A stretch of DNA of 64,000 nt, taken from NCBI GenBank assembly GCA_039111475.1, contig JBCCIP010000027.1:11964-75963 (forward strand). The letters are read 5' to 3'. Position numbers and translations under genes: made by a program. A model generated the notes under the pieces. That model had not been told where the DNA came from and did not search any database. It saw only the letters and a program-made list of their open reading frames with translations. The first letter of the stretch is position 1. Every line of letters starts with the position of its first letter. Shown one piece after another: positions 1 through 12,213 of this stretch. Origin of the DNA: Pseudomonadota bacterium (GTDB taxonomy: Bacteria > Pseudomonadota > Gammaproteobacteria > Pseudomonadales > JAUIET01).

Positions 1-253
1 CGGCTCCGTGCCTATGCGTGCTAACAATTGACAACACGCTTTGACCCTCAGGGTTTTGGGCGTTTACATCTCGGCTTTGATCTTTGAAAAACCGCACAAA
101 GATCTCGAAGTCGCTGGCGCGCATACTTTGGTAGGCTTTCAACAAACAATGAAAGTCGGCGTTGGTGCCTTCCAGCGGCAGATAGTCCAGAAAACTGCGC
201 ACACGATCCTCAGTCCATACTTCTTCAAGTACTTTCTCTTTGTCTTTTCTCAT
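1..253 (-). CDS. small conserved hypothetical protein (N-terminal 84 codons only; continues past window start)
   Basis: The minus-strand frame is open from ATG (253..251) to position 1 with no stop: MRKDKEKVLEEVWTEDRVRSFLDYLPLEGTNADFHCLLKAYQSMRASDFEIFVRFFKDQ... It starts 13 nt after the gatB stop on the same strand. Track ORF 41..283(+) is its antisense shadow. It resembles small PA4642-type proteins from memory only. Confidence 0.5.
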   Translation of the reverse strand, partial: MRKDKEKVLEEVWTEDRVRSFLDYLPLEGTNADFHCLLKAYQSMRASDFEIFVRFFKDQSRDVNAQNPEGQSVLSIVSTHRHGA

Positions 254-266
254 CGATCGTTCAGTC

Positions 267-1718
267 TCAGAGTTTGTCGTTAAGAAGTTGGTTTACTTGC
301 GCCGGGTTGGCCTTGCCCTGCGATGCTTTCATGACCTGGCCGACGAAGAATCCTAACATTTTCTTGCGTTTGTCTTCCGGGCTATTGCGATAGTTGTCAA
401 CCTGCTGCGGATTGTTGGCAATAACGTCATCAACCATTGCTTCAATGGCGCCTGAGTCAGACACTTGCTTCAAACCGCGTTCATCAATAATCTGGTCAAC
501 GCGGCTTGCATCCAGGCTGTTTTCTTGCCACAGTGCATCAAACACCGTTTTTGCAATTTTCCCTGATACGGTCTGGTCATTAATTCTAGTGATTAACGCT
601 GCCAGTTGCTCTGAGCTGACCTGAGAATCACCAATGCTTAGTTCGTCTCGATTAAGCAGTGCGGCGAGTTCCCCCATCACCCAGTTTGCGGATGCTTTCG
701 GGTCCTCGGACGATGAGCTCACCTGTTCGAAGTACTCTGCGGTGTCTCTATCACTGGCCAGCAGGCGTGCGTCGTAGGCACTGAGCTGGTATTGCTCAAC
801 GAAGCGTGCCACTTTTTGCTTGGGTAACTCCGGCATGCCACTTTGTACTGAGTCGATATAGGCTTGATCAATTTCTATTGGTAACAAGTCGGGTTCAGGA
901 AAGTAGCGATAATCATTGGCTACTTCCTTGCTGCGCATTGGTCGGGTTTCGTTATTGTCAGCGTCGTATAACCGTGTTTCCTGAGTAATTGAGCCACCGT
1001 CTTCGAGAATGTCTCGCTGTCGTTCTGTTTCAACATGAATCGCTTTTTCAACAAATCGAAATGAGTTCACGTTTTTGATTTCGGTGCGCGTACCAAATTC
1101 AGTTTGTCCTGCAGGCCTTAGCGATATGTTGACATCGCAACGCATGGAGCCCTGCGACATATCGCCATCTGAAATGTCCAAATAGCGGATGAGTGAGTGG
1201 ACATATTTTAAATACGCCACCGCTTGTTCGGCGCTGCGAATATCCGGTTCTGACACAATTTCCAACAGCGGGGTACCCGCTCTGTTAAGATCTATTCCGC
1301 TGCTGCCATGAAAATCTTCATGCAGGGACTTTCCAGCGTCTTCTTCCAGATGTGCACGCGTAACGCCTATCGATTTAACGCTGCCATCGGCCAAGCCAAT
1401 GTCTACATTACCTCGACCGACAATAGGGAAATCCATTTGGCTGATCTGATAGCCCTTGGGGAGATCAGGGTAGAAGTAGTTTTTTCGGTCGAAAGCTGAA
1501 CGCATACCAATTTCAGCGCCAATTGCCAGCCCAAATTTAACAGCCATTCGCAACGCTTCGCCATTAAACACAGGTAGAGTGCCAGGCATAGCGAGATCAA
1601 CTGCGCTGGCTTGCGTATTGGGTGCGGCGCCGAATTGAGTTGACGAGCCTGAAAATATTTTCGATTTCGTCGCGAGTTGTACGTGTACTTCAAGACCAAT
1701 CACAATCTCCCAATTCAT
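267..1718 (-). CDS. gatB: Asp/Glu-tRNA amidotransferase subunit B
   Basis: The translation [22 protein letters not shown]...[11 protein letters not shown]... is typical of GatB. I trimmed the start to Met17 of the track ORF, where its ATG overlaps the gatA stop (ATGA at 1715..1718). Confidence 0.95.
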   Translation of the reverse strand: MNWEIVIGLEVHVQLATKSKIFSGSSTQFGAAPNTQASAVDLAMPGTLPVFNGEALRMAVKFGLAIGAEIGMRSAFDRKNYFYPDLPKGYQISQMDFPIVGRGNVDIGLADGSVKSIGVTRAHLEEDAGKSLHEDFHGSSGIDLNRAGTPLLEIVSEPDIRSAEQAVAYLKYVHSLIRYLDISDGDMSQGSMRCDVNISLRPAGQTEFGTRTEIKNVNSFRFVEKAIHVETERQRDILEDGGSITQETRLYDADNNETRPMRSKEVANDYRYFPEPDLLPIEIDQAYIDSVQSGMPELPKQKVARFVEQYQLSAYDARLLASDRDTAEYFEQVSSSSEDPKASANWVMGELAALLNRDELSIGDSQVSSEQLAALITRINDQTVSGKIAKTVFDALWQENSLDASRVDQIIDERGLKQVSDSGAIEAMVDDVIANNPQQVDNYRNSPEDKRKKMLGFFVGQVMKASQGKANPAQVNQLLNDKL

Positions 1719-3175
1719 GCGCTGGCTCCTTGGCTTGGTCGTTGCTGATGCCATTCGGTTACGCACTGAAATTGATGCGCCGCGTTTAGCAGTTGGGCCT
1801 CATTCAAGTAGTTACCGATCAGTTGCACGCCCACAGGTTTGTTGTCGACTAAGCCGGCCGGCATGGATAGCGCTGGCAGGCCCGCCAGGTTTGCGGCAAT
1901 GGTGTAGATATCTTCAAGATACATCGCCACTGGGTCGCTGGTTTTTGCCCCCAATGGAAAAGCGGGAGATGGGCTGGTTGGGCCAATTAACAGATCAACC
2001 GTTTTGAAGGCCTGGACAAAATCTTGCTGTATAAGGCGGCGAATTTTCTGGGCCTTGCGGTAGTACGCGTCGTAGTAGCCAGCGGACAAAGAATAAGTAC
2101 CGACCAAAATCCGCCGTTTTACTTCTTCACCAAAGCCTTCACTGCGGGTGCGAGTGTACAAATCATTCAAATTGGTTGGGTTATCACAGCGATGGCCATA
2201 CCGCACGCCATCAAAACGTGAGAGATTGGTGGAAGCCTCCGCGGGTGCCACTACGTAATACGCAGGCACTGACAAAGGGCTGTGTGGCAAACTGATCTCA
2301 CTAATCTTTGCCCCTAGCTTCTCATACTCAGCAATCGCTCGTTCAACACAGGCGGCTGTTCCCGGATTTAAGCCTTCAGAAAAATACTCTTTGGGCACAC
2401 CGATTCGAAGCCCTTCGATCGAGTTATTCAAAGAGGCGCTGTAATCTGGCACATCCGCATCAATACTGGTGGAGTCTTTGGGATCGTGTCCCGACATTAA
2501 CTCAAGCAATAATGCCAGATCTTCGACGCTGCGGGCCATTGGTCCAGCCTGGTCCAGGCTGGATGCAAAAGCAATCATCCCATAACGGGATATCCTGCCA
2601 TAGGTGGGCTTCATTCCAGTGATGCCGCAAAGAGCTGCGGGTTGCCGAATTGAACCGCCGGTGTCTGTTCCAGTAGCAGCAGGCGCCAGACATGCGGCTA
2701 CAGCTGCCGCTGAGCCACCAGAGGACCCGCCAGGTACGCAATCGGTGTTCCATGGGTTGCGTACTGGGCCATAAAAGCTGGTTTCGTTAGACGCGCCCAT
2801 GGCGAATTCGTCCATATTGGTTTTACCCAACATAACCGCACCCGCGCCATCAAATTTCTCAATAAGCGCAGCACTATAAGGTGGAACGAAATTGTCCAGC
2901 ATTTTCGATCCGCAGCTGGTGCGAATGCCGTCGGTGCAAAAGATGTCTTTATGGGCGATGGGAATACCGCATAATGCGTGTACATCACCTTTGGCACGAG
3001 CAGCATCTGCCTCGCTTGCCTGTTGCAGGGCGTGCTCTTCAGACAGAGTCAGAAACGCATTGTAGTCGCCATCCAGCGACTTTATCCGATCAATCAGATG
3101 CTGAGTTAATTCCACACTGGAAAACTCTCCGGCCGCCAAAGCCGAGCTCAGCGCGCAAACGGTCAAATCATGCAT
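1715..3175 (-). CDS. gatA: Asp/Glu-tRNA amidotransferase subunit A (amidase family)
   Basis: 486 aa with the amidase signature [12 protein letters not shown], lying between gatC and gatB. Confidence 0.95.
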   Translation of the reverse strand: MHDLTVCALSSALAAGEFSSVELTQHLIDRIKSLDGDYNAFLTLSEEHALQQASEADAARAKGDVHALCGIPIAHKDIFCTDGIRTSCGSKMLDNFVPPYSAALIEKFDGAGAVMLGKTNMDEFAMGASNETSFYGPVRNPWNTDCVPGGSSGGSAAAVAACLAPAATGTDTGGSIRQPAALCGITGMKPTYGRISRYGMIAFASSLDQAGPMARSVEDLALLLELMSGHDPKDSTSIDADVPDYSASLNNSIEGLRIGVPKEYFSEGLNPGTAACVERAIAEYEKLGAKISEISLPHSPLSVPAYYVVAPAEASTNLSRFDGVRYGHRCDNPTNLNDLYTRTRSEGFGEEVKRRILVGTYSLSAGYYDAYYRKAQKIRRLIQQDFVQAFKTVDLLIGPTSPSPAFPLGAKTSDPVAMYLEDIYTIAANLAGLPALSMPAGLVDNKPVGVQLIGNYLNEAQLLNAAHQFQCVTEWHQQRPSQGASA

Positions 3176-3204
3176 AGTGTTACTCTGGGTACTATTTATA
3201 GGTA

Positions 3205-3492
3205 CTAGTCGATTACTTTTGGCACAAGAAACAAGCCAGCTTCGGTAGCTGGAGCAATGGCTTGAAATGCCTCACGGCGATCTTGTTCGGTAACTTCGTC
3301 TGCCCGCAGCCGCTGCGTAGCGTCGAGTGGATTGGTCATTGGTTCAACAGCGTCTGTGTCCACTGCCTGCATTTGATCAATCATCGCCAAAATATCGTTC
3401 ACTTTTTGAACAACTTGTTCGGTAGTTTCACTATCGATGGCCAAACGGGATAAGGAAGCTACTTTTTCGATGTCGGATTGATCAACAGACAT
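3205..3492 (-). CDS. gatC: Asp/Glu-tRNA amidotransferase subunit C
   Basis: 95 aa ([19 protein letters not shown]...) located upstream of gatA in the gatCAB order. Confidence 0.9.
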   Translation of the reverse strand: MSVDQSDIEKVASLSRLAIDSETTEQVVQKVNDILAMIDQMQAVDTDAVEPMTNPLDATQRLRADEVTEQDRREAFQAIAPATEAGLFLVPKVID

Positions 3493-3656
3493 GGGGGTCT
3501 CACTACTGGGTGCGCAGCGCGCAAGACGTATAAAGTTATCATATTTGCCGCTTGCCCTGTATGCCCCGCGTTGCTAGAGTTCCGCTTTTTTTAGAATTGC
3601 CCTGACGAAAATGGCTTAATTCACTATTTTTAAAGGAATTATTACAAAAATACCGT

Positions 3657-4757
<1,101 letters not shown>

Positions 4758-4795
4758 AACCCTGTGCCTGCGGCGCTAACCCTGAGGCCCAAACC

Positions 4796-5665
4796 ATTAA
4801 GCCCTTATTCCAGCGAACTTCGTCGAAAGGCTTCCAGGCTGTTCTGGTAGCCATTCTCGCACTCGGCCTGGTGGTTTTTGAGCAGCGTTCAGATTCTGTT
4901 AATCCGCTAAGAAGCATACTGCACACTGTCACAACGCCCTTCTATTGGTTGGCCGACATACCAAAGCGCGCGTCCATATGGAGCGCAGAATCGCTGGTGA
5001 GCCGCCGCACTCTATTAGAGCAAAATGCAGGGCAACGCATTGAGTTACTGATACTGAAAGGCAAATTGCAAAAAATGGCCGGTATGGCAGCTGAAAACGT
5101 ACGCTTGCGTGAATTGCTGAACAGCTCTACGGTGCTGGACAGCAGTGTATTGGTCGCTGAGCTGATCAGTATTTCCGCTGACCCAAGAAGCCACAAGATT
5201 GTGCTGAACAAGGGTACGCGCGACGGCGTTTACCTGGGCCAGGCCGTGCTCGATTCAGAGGGCTTGATGGGGCAAATCATTGATGTGGGTCCGAACATCA
5301 GTCGAGCGCTACTTGTTTCAGACAGCAGTCACGCACTGCCAGTGCAGATTAACCGCAATGGAGTTCGCTCGGTAGCGGCCGGCACAGGGCTGCTGCATGA
5401 ATTAGAACTGAGGCATGTTGCGGCAACAACCGACATTAAGGTAGGGGACTTGCTAGTCAGCAGTGGGCTGGGTCGACGCTTCCCGGTTGGATATCCGGTG
5501 GCGGACGTGACTGAAGTAGTGCTTGATCCGGGTCAACCATTTGCCACTGTCAAAGCCATGCCGCGCGCGCAGCTAAATCGTTCACGACATGTATTGCTAG
5601 TGTTTACCGAATCGGACCAGCAATCATTTGAGGCAAAGCGAGAGCCAGCCGTAAACGATGGATGA
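4796..5665 (+). CDS. mreC: rod-shape determining protein MreC (probable ATT start; the GTG at 4871 is the first canonical in-frame start)
   Basis: The frame is open from 4754. Codons 4799 onward read KPLFQRTSSKGFQAVLVAILALGLVVF, matching the conserved MreC N-terminus (M)KPIF/KPLF plus the membrane anchor. The only codon before K is ATT (4796), with GAGG 8 nt upstream. The track ORF starts at GTG 4871, which would delete the anchor. Confidence 0.85.
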   Translation: MKPLFQRTSSKGFQAVLVAILALGLVVFEQRSDSVNPLRSILHTVTTPFYWLADIPKRASIWSAESLVSRRTLLEQNAGQRIELLILKGKLQKMAGMAAENVRLRELLNSSTVLDSSVLVAELISISADPRSHKIVLNKGTRDGVYLGQAVLDSEGLMGQIIDVGPNISRALLVSDSSHALPVQINRNGVRSVAAGTGLLHELELRHVAATTDIKVGDLLVSSGLGRRFPVGYPVADVTEVVLDPGQPFATVKAMPRAQLNRSRHVLLVFTESDQQSFEAKREPAVNDG

Positions 5666-6146
5666 GCGCAGCGCACACGGACTATGGGTAATTGTCGCAA
5701 GCATTGCGATGGCATTGCTGTTGATGATTATGGCGGTTCCAGATTGGTTGCGCTGGAGTCGACCGGAGTGGGTCACGATGGTGCTAATCTATTGGGTGAT
5801 GGCGCTACCACACAGAGTAGGTATTCTCGTTGCTGCAACCTCGGGTTTGTTGCTTGATGTTATGGAAGGTGCTGTTCTGGGGCAACACGCGTTTGCGCTG
5901 GTCATTGTTGCTTACGCTACCATGCTGTTGTACCAACGTTTGCGAATGTTTGCGGTATGGCAGCAAGCCTTTATCGTGTTTGTGTTAGTGGGCATTGCGC
6001 AACTTGCCTGTCATTGGGTAGAAAACATCTCAGGTAACCCTGAGCAAAACCTGCTGTTCTTACTGCCGGCGGCAATGAGTGCTGTTTTCTGGCCCTTAGT
6101 TACTGTCTGCCTGTCGTTTTTTCAGCGCATGTATGCGGTGTACTGA
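5658..6146 (+). CDS. mreD: rod-shape determining protein MreD
   Basis: A 162-aa polytopic membrane protein that overlaps the mreC stop by 8 nt, in the mreBCD position. Confidence 0.8.
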   Translation: MDERSAHGLWVIVASIAMALLLMIMAVPDWLRWSRPEWVTMVLIYWVMALPHRVGILVAATSGLLLDVMEGAVLGQHAFALVIVAYATMLLYQRLRMFAVWQQAFIVFVLVGIAQLACHWVENISGNPEQNLLFLLPAAMSAVFWPLVTVCLSFFQRMYAVY

Positions 6147-6183
6147 ATGTGCTGTTGCTTGAGTTTTACTATGGACAGCATCC

Positions 6184-7662
6184 ATGAGTGAGGAAATACT
6201 CATTAATGTAACACCCGTGGAGACTCGCGTTGCACTGGTGGAAAATGGCATGTTGCAAGAGGTTCATATAGAACGCGCCATGCGACGCGGTATTGTGGGC
6301 AATATCTACAAAGGAAAGGTCGTTCGCGTACTGCCAGGCATGCAGGCCGCGTTTGTGGAAAATGGGCTGGAAAGAGCCAGCTTTATTCATGCCAATGACA
6401 TAGTCACGTTTGATGAAAATGGCAAGGAAGACCGCACGGGTAATCCTCCTCTGGTACAGGAAGTTCTGCATGACGGTGATAGTCTGCAAGTTCAGGTTAT
6501 CAAGGAGCCTATTGGTACCAAGGGCGCGCGACTGTCTACGCATATGTCGGTGTCGTCACGATTCCTGGTGTATATGCCGTTCACGGACCATGTAGGCATC
6601 TCTCAACGTATTGAAAGTGAAGAAGAACGCGAGAGGTTACGGCTGGCAGTAGAGCGAAGTGCTGAGGCTGAGGAGCTCGCAGGAAGTGGGGGTTACATTG
6701 TTCGCACTGCAGGAGAAGGTGCGAGTGAAGAAGATATACGTTCCGATATCCGATTTCTTTCCAGGCTGTGGGCGTCGATAGAAAACCGTAGCCGAAACGC
6801 AGTCACACCATCTCTAATCTACGAAGATCTACCTTTATATCTGCGCACAATGCGTGACATGGTGCGTCCAGAGCTCGAGAAGATTCGGATCGATTCGCAA
6901 GACATTTGCGAACAGGTGAGAGCGTTTGCCGATGAGTTTATTCCCGAACTAAACGGTACAATTGAATTCTATAAAGGTCAGCGTCCGCTGTTCGATTTGA
7001 ACGGAATCGAAGACGAAATTCAAAAAGCACTGAGTCGAAAAGTGCAGCTGAAATCCGGCGGTTACTTAATTCTTGATCAAACCGAAGCCATGACAACGAT
7101 AGACGTTAATACAGGCGCATTCGTCGGCCATCGAAATCTCGAAGAAACCATTTACAAAACCAATCTTGAGGCAGCACAGGCTTTGGCCCGTCAACTGCGA
7201 GTTCGCAATCTCGGTGGCATGATCATAATCGACTTTATCGATATGAAAGAACCGGAGCATCAACGCCACGTGCTTAGAACGCTGGAGAAAGCCTTAGTCA
7301 GAGACCCTGCAAAGTTAGCTATAACCGGCATTTCAGAATTGGGTCTGGTGCAAATGACGCGCAAGCGCACTCGCGAAAGCCTGGAGCAGAGTTTGTGTGA
7401 GCCTTGTGAGGTATGCGATGGGCGTGGCACGCTAAAATCTGCGGAGACGGTTTGTTACGAGATTTTTCGAGAAATTCTTCGAGAAACTCGCACCTATGAC
7501 AACGACAGTTATATGGTGTTAGCTTCACAAGCGGTTATTGACAGGCTGCTGGATGAGGAATCCAATAGCGTCGCAGACCTCGAAGAGTTCACGGGTAAGA
7601 ACATCAAATTTCAGGTAGAAGTTATGTACTCACAAGAACAATTTGACGTGATTTTGTTGTAG
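6184..7662 (+). CDS. rng: ribonuclease G
   Basis: 492 aa. The N-terminus MSEEILINVTPVETRVALVENGMLQEVHIERAMRRGIVGNIYKGKVVRVLPGMQAAFV matches the S1 domain of the RNase E/G family, and the size fits RNase G. Confidence 0.92.
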   Translation: MSEEILINVTPVETRVALVENGMLQEVHIERAMRRGIVGNIYKGKVVRVLPGMQAAFVENGLERASFIHANDIVTFDENGKEDRTGNPPLVQEVLHDGDSLQVQVIKEPIGTKGARLSTHMSVSSRFLVYMPFTDHVGISQRIESEEERERLRLAVERSAEAEELAGSGGYIVRTAGEGASEEDIRSDIRFLSRLWASIENRSRNAVTPSLIYEDLPLYLRTMRDMVRPELEKIRIDSQDICEQVRAFADEFIPELNGTIEFYKGQRPLFDLNGIEDEIQKALSRKVQLKSGGYLILDQTEAMTTIDVNTGAFVGHRNLEETIYKTNLEAAQALARQLRVRNLGGMIIIDFIDMKEPEHQRHVLRTLEKALVRDPAKLAITGISELGLVQMTRKRTRESLEQSLCEPCEVCDGRGTLKSAETVCYEIFREILRETRTYDNDSYMVLASQAVIDRLLDEESNSVADLEEFTGKNIKFQVEVMYSQEQFDVILL

Positions 7663-7671
7663 GAAGGCGTA

Positions 7672-10600
7672 GTGGCGTTGATCAAATGGTTAAGTCGATG
7701 CGTAATGGCAACAGGCATTTGCTTGTTGCTGTTCTGCGCATTACTTGCGAGTGTGGGTCGTTACTTCGCGCCTTATGCCTCTGATTTTCAACCGCAGATT
7801 GTTGGTTGGGCAAATTCGCTCGCACCTTTTTCGATTGATGCGAAACATTTGGATGCTGATTGGAGACGCCTGTCGCCAGGCATTACCGTGCGAAATCTGC
7901 AGCTTGGTGATGGTACCGATGCGCTTGGCATCGACAGAGCAAGAGTGAAGCTCAACCTTGCTTATACTGTGTGGTATCGCAAACTGGTGTTTGACGAGCT
8001 GGAAGTTGCTGGTGTTGAGCTGTCACTCATAGAAGATACTGACGGTAAATGGACTGTTGACGCCAAATGGTTGCCGCAAGCTGACAAGCCAAGTAATTTG
8101 CTGTCGATCGAGTCGCTTTATGAAGGACTTGAGCAGCTATCACTAAAAGGCGCGCGAGTACAATTCAATCGACATGATGGCCGCGTGTTTGTGGTTGACC
8201 ACCTGAACATGGAGTACACCAAGGAAGGTGATCAATGGCGCATCAATAGTAATGGTCTGCCCGATAAGTCAGCGCTACCTATCAACATGATCGTTGAAGG
8301 CATAGGGCTTCCGGGATCTACGGGATTCACAGCGCACGCGTACAGCCTTGTGAACGGCTTCGACGCCAGTCCCTATCTAAAAAATGCGAATTATCAGGGA
8401 TGGAAGCCGGAACTGCCTCGTTTTGACGGTCGGCTCTGGCTGGATTACGAGCGCGGCAAGCTTGAAGTTCAAGGGGTGTTGGACCTTAAGAAAATAAAGT
8501 TTACTCATGAAGACGGCCGCAATGCCATTCATGTACCTGAGCTGGCCTCGCAATTCAAATTTGCGATTACTGAAAATGAATCGCCATCTATCTGGTTGCG
8601 CGACTTGCACATTCGCTTGAAAGACGAGGACATCAAATTTGAGCAAGCGAACCTGCTCCCAAGCGCTGACGGTCTGCAAGCCAGTTTTGATTCGATTAAT
8701 GTTAAGCCTGTGCTACGCCTTCTGCGGCGTTTTGAAGTGTTGCCAAACACGGCACAGGACGTGTTGGCTACCCTTGATCCGGGCGGCGAGCTACGAGACA
8801 TTACCTTGCGCTTCCCTGAAACAGGTGGGATAAACGATCTGCAGGTTTCGGCACGTTTGGATCAGGTTTCCACTCGACCGTGGAAAGGAGCGCCAGGCGT
8901 TGAGAACCTCAGCGGCCAGATTTATGCAACGCTGAAGCAGGGTATTGTCGATATAGAGTCAGATGATATCGAGCTACGATTCCCCAAACTGTTCAGGGAA
9001 TCCATCGGCTTCGCCAGAGCAAACGGTTTGATCCAGTGGCGTATAAAAGAAAAAACAATAGAAGTCGAGAGCGGTCTGCTGGACTTTGGCGGCAAGCTTG
9101 GTGACGCTTCAGCGTATCTGAATTTGGACTTGCCACTAAAAAAAGAATATCAGCTTGAGCCGAGTATGGATTTGCAAATTGCACTGGAAGACACTCGAGC
9201 GCGCTATCGAAACACGTTTATTCCATACACGCTGGACGACGGTTTGAGCGAGTGGTTGGAGCGCAGCGTGGTTGCCGCAGATATTAGAGAGGCCGCATTT
9301 ATTTACCGAGGTTCTATTGCAAAGCAGTCCGGCACAAAGAAATCTATTCAGCTGTATATTGATGCCGACGATGCGGAACTGGACTACGACTCTGAATGGC
9401 CAGCTGCCAGGGAATTACAAGCCAAGGTATTTGTAGATGATGCCAATGTGCTGGTCGAGGCCGGAGAAGCTTGGGTCAGTGGTCTCAGAATGCAAAACAC
9501 GGTGGTCAGATACGTACCGGCAATTAAGCAAAAAGGCGGCATGATTCGGCTCGAGACCAGCGTCAATGGCGAAGTTGGAGCGGCACTTGACTATATACTG
9601 GATTCACCCATCAAGAAACAAATAGGTGGCGCTCTGGATGATTGGGTCGCTACTGGCCGAATTAGTGGTCGTCTAACGACAGGCATACCCATCGGGCTGG
9701 ATCGAAGTGTTAGCGTTGATTTGCGATCAAGACTGCATGGAGCGCGATTCAGCAATGATCAGGTAAATCTTGAATTCGAAGACATAAATGGCCCTCTGCG
9801 CTATTCAACTCGTAAAGGCCTTCACTCTGCGGGTTTGGTCGGAACCTTGTGGAACGATTCCTTGTCTGCAGAAATTCAGTCGTCTCAAATTCCGGCAGCT
9901 CAGGCCGACAGCGATACAGAATGGACAACCTCTCTGAAAATGCGCGGGGTCGCATCGCCCAAATCGGTGTTGTCATGGCTGAAAGCTCCGTTAAATGAGT
10001 TTCTTAACGGCGAGATGGAGTATTCAGCGGAGCTAAATATTCGCAACAACGATACACGGCTAACAATAGATTCTCAGTTGCTAGGCTTGAGTTCCATGTT
10101 GCCGCCGCCTTTTGGGAAGCTTGATCAACAACCACTGCCGCTGAGTGTTACATTGTTCCTGAACGAAAGTCCTCTGCGCATGCGTGTTCTATTGGCGGAT
10201 CGGATGAACGGTGCCTTGGTGTTGCCCGTCGATACAGCAATGACGGGAATGTTGAATTTTTACAGCGATCAGCCGCCCAGCTATGCGGAAGACAGTATTC
10301 GTTTGAGCGGCAATTTAAAACGCTTTGATCTTCAAGGGACTCTGGATGTAATCAGTGCGTATCGTAGTGATTCGCACGATTTGGTACAAAGCCACAGTGA
10401 AGATTCGGTACCGAGGTCGGAAGGTAAACCTGCAAGGATTCCTACGGTTTACGCGCAGGGCATGAAGCTGGAGGTTGCGGAAGTGTTCGGCAATCAGTTT
10501 GAACAAGTCACGGCCGCTGTTGCCAGCCATGGTGATGCTTGGACGTTCGCCTTTAACAGTGAACGAGTAAGCGGAAGAGCAACATACGATGCTGCGCAAT

Positions 10601-11700
10601 CCACAGCACTGAACATTTCCCTTGATCGACTGTATTTGCAAACAGAAACAAATGAGCTTGGCCTGGCAACAACAGACGGGGCTGCGCCAGACCTGCTTGC
10701 CGACTTTTATCCCGCAGAGTTGCCAGAAATGCAGTTCACACTTGCTGACCTTCAGGTCAATGATAAGCCCTATGGGCAATGGTCGTTTTCGTCCGCGTCC
10801 ATCCAACACGGCACCATATTTAAGAACCTTACGGCCAATAGTCGCGGTATGCAGATAGCGGGTACCACTGAGCAACCTGCCTATGTACGTTGGCGGCGCG
10901 TTGGCGATCAACAGCAAACCGAATTTACGGGTGTATTAAGCTGCGGCGATCTGGGCGCGGTGCTGGAGGCCTGGGATTATGCTGCAGCGATTCGAAGCAA
11001 TAGCTGCCGCTTTGGCGCCGACCTGTCGTGGTATGGATCGCCACTGGATCTAGAGCTTGCGGGAATGGAAGGTAAGGTTGATATAGCGCTGAGCAACGGT
11101 CAATTTCTAGAAACTAACTCTACAGCAAACGCCCTGCGAATATTCAGCCTGTTCAACTTTGATACCTTGCTGCGACGGCTCCAGTTCCGCTTTGATGATG
11201 TGTTTAATCGTGGCCTCAGTTACGATCAGATAAACGGAGGCTTTCGATTGGCAAACGGTCGGTTGGCGATCGAACAGGCGTTTGAAGTTAACGGGCCCTC
11301 GTCACGCCTGCAAATGACGGGAAGTTTGGACTTGATCAACGAAACGGTGGACACACGGATGGTTGCTACCTTGCCCATCAGCAGCAACCTGCCGTGGGTG
11401 GCCGCGCTTGCCGGTGGTTTGCCGATGGCAGCGGGTGTGTATGTGGCTGGAAAGATCTTTCAAAAGCCCATGGAGAAATTATCCAGCGCATCTTATGAGG
11501 TCACTGGCAGTTGGGACGAACCGGATATCAAGCTGCAACGAATTTTCGATGATGATGCGGGTCAAACGGCAGCGCCAGAAACGGCGAATCCGGCTAATCA
11601 GCAACAGCGTGAGCAGGGATCACAGCTGCCAACATCTGACGAGAGCCGTCGAGATACCTTACCGCCGAGTGAAACTACTGCAGTTCCCGAAGGTACTTGA
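7672..11700 (+). CDS. yhdP: YhdP-family (AsmA-like) giant envelope protein
   Basis: 1342 aa with a GTG start, an N-terminal TM helix and a low-complexity acidic/polar tail. It lies directly after rng, as yhdP does in E. coli and Pseudomonas. Family assignment rests on size, position and general sequence character. Confidence 0.8.
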   Translation: MALIKWLSRCVMATGICLLLFCALLASVGRYFAPYASDFQPQIVGWANSLAPFSIDAKHLDADWRRLSPGITVRNLQLGDGTDALGIDRARVKLNLAYTVWYRKLVFDELEVAGVELSLIEDTDGKWTVDAKWLPQADKPSNLLSIESLYEGLEQLSLKGARVQFNRHDGRVFVVDHLNMEYTKEGDQWRINSNGLPDKSALPINMIVEGIGLPGSTGFTAHAYSLVNGFDASPYLKNANYQGWKPELPRFDGRLWLDYERGKLEVQGVLDLKKIKFTHEDGRNAIHVPELASQFKFAITENESPSIWLRDLHIRLKDEDIKFEQANLLPSADGLQASFDSINVKPVLRLLRRFEVLPNTAQDVLATLDPGGELRDITLRFPETGGINDLQVSARLDQVSTRPWKGAPGVENLSGQIYATLKQGIVDIESDDIELRFPKLFRESIGFARANGLIQWRIKEKTIEVESGLLDFGGKLGDASAYLNLDLPLKKEYQLEPSMDLQIALEDTRARYRNTFIPYTLDDGLSEWLERSVVAADIREAAFIYRGSIAKQSGTKKSIQLYIDADDAELDYDSEWPAARELQAKVFVDDANVLVEAGEAWVSGLRMQNTVVRYVPAIKQKGGMIRLETSVNGEVGAALDYILDSPIKKQIGGALDDWVATGRISGRLTTGIPIGLDRSVSVDLRSRLHGARFSNDQVNLEFEDINGPLRYSTRKGLHSAGLVGTLWNDSLSAEIQSSQIPAAQADSDTEWTTSLKMRGVASPKSVLSWLKAPLNEFLNGEMEYSAELNIRNNDTRLTIDSQLLGLSSMLPPPFGKLDQQPLPLSVTLFLNESPLRMRVLLADRMNGALVLPVDTAMTGMLNFYSDQPPSYAEDSIRLSGNLKRFDLQGTLDVISAYRSDSHDLVQSHSEDSVPRSEGKPARIPTVYAQGMKLEVAEVFGNQFEQVTAAVASHGDAWTFAFNSERVSGRATYDAAQSTALNISLDRLYLQTETNELGLATTDGAAPDLLADFYPAELPEMQFTLADLQVNDKPYGQWSFSSASIQHGTIFKNLTANSRGMQIAGTTEQPAYVRWRRVGDQQQTEFTGVLSCGDLGAVLEAWDYAAAIRSNSCRFGADLSWYGSPLDLELAGMEGKVDIALSNGQFLETNSTANALRIFSLFNFDTLLRRLQFRFDDVFNRGLSYDQINGGFRLANGRLAIEQAFEVNGPSSRLQMTGSLDLINETVDTRMVATLPISSNLPWVAALAGGLPMAAGVYVAGKIFQKPMEKLSSASYEVTGSWDEPDIKLQRIFDDDAGQTAAPETANPANQQQREQGSQLPTSDESRRDTLPPSETTAVPEGT

Positions 11701-12190
11701 ATAGCTTCCGGGAACTTGAGGGCGCCTTGTTCAATTTAATTTCCTTGCGGTGATTGCGCACCAGCTGCATCAACTTTTGCCGATCAATGTGCGGGAACTC
11801 CGCAAGCGCTGACGCAATACCTTGTTCTGGGTCTGTAAGAATCAAGTCACGCATTTCCTCGAGTTGATGAAACTTTCTCGCTTCCGCTCTTCTACCAGCC
11901 GCAATGTCGTCCAGCACAGCTTGTATCGGCGCTACATCCAGTTCATTCAAATGTTTCGCAAGAAAGCGCAGTTCTCGGCGCCGCGCATCGCGTTTAGGCA
12001 TACCGCGAATCCGCTTGAGAATCTCGCTAACGTCTTCTGGCAAGGAGATTTTGGCGAGTTGCTTGTTAGGTAAGTCTGCCATCGTTTCGCCCAGCTCGAA
12101 CAGTGCGCGAAACTCCCTCTTCAGCTGAGATTTACTTGGCAATTCGTCTGGAAGCTCGGAATCGTTCTGAGTTGCACTACGATGCACCAT
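11675..12190 (-). CDS. yjgA: ribosome-associated protein YjgA (DUF615 family)
   Basis: I trimmed the start to Met90 of the track ORF (MVHRSATQNDSELPDELPSKSQLKREFRALFELGE...). The highly charged helical protein of about 171 aa is typical of YjgA. It starts 23 nt after the mgtE stop. Confidence 0.75.
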   Translation of the reverse strand: MVHRSATQNDSELPDELPSKSQLKREFRALFELGETMADLPNKQLAKISLPEDVSEILKRIRGMPKRDARRRELRFLAKHLNELDVAPIQAVLDDIAAGRRAEARKFHQLEEMRDLILTDPEQGIASALAEFPHIDRQKLMQLVRNHRKEIKLNKAPSSSRKLFKYLRELQ

Positions 12191-12213
12191 ATCGTTTTCT
12201 TTTATCACACGGG

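Noticed and set aside
41-283. 80-codon + strand ORF at the window start
   Set aside because: The opposite strand encodes a more protein-like sequence that starts 13 nt after gatB and stays open to the window edge. The + strand ORF also runs into the gatB 3' end.
10315-10917. 200-codon ORF antisense to yhdP, and similar long antisense ORFs (4328..4792, 25195..25704, 45706..46158, 52354..52851, 52987..53484, 54558..55106, 63522..63947)
   Set aside because: All lie fully inside strongly supported genes on the other strand. Their composition is Cys/Arg/Ser-rich and low in information, typical of shadow frames, and they have no ribosome-binding sites.
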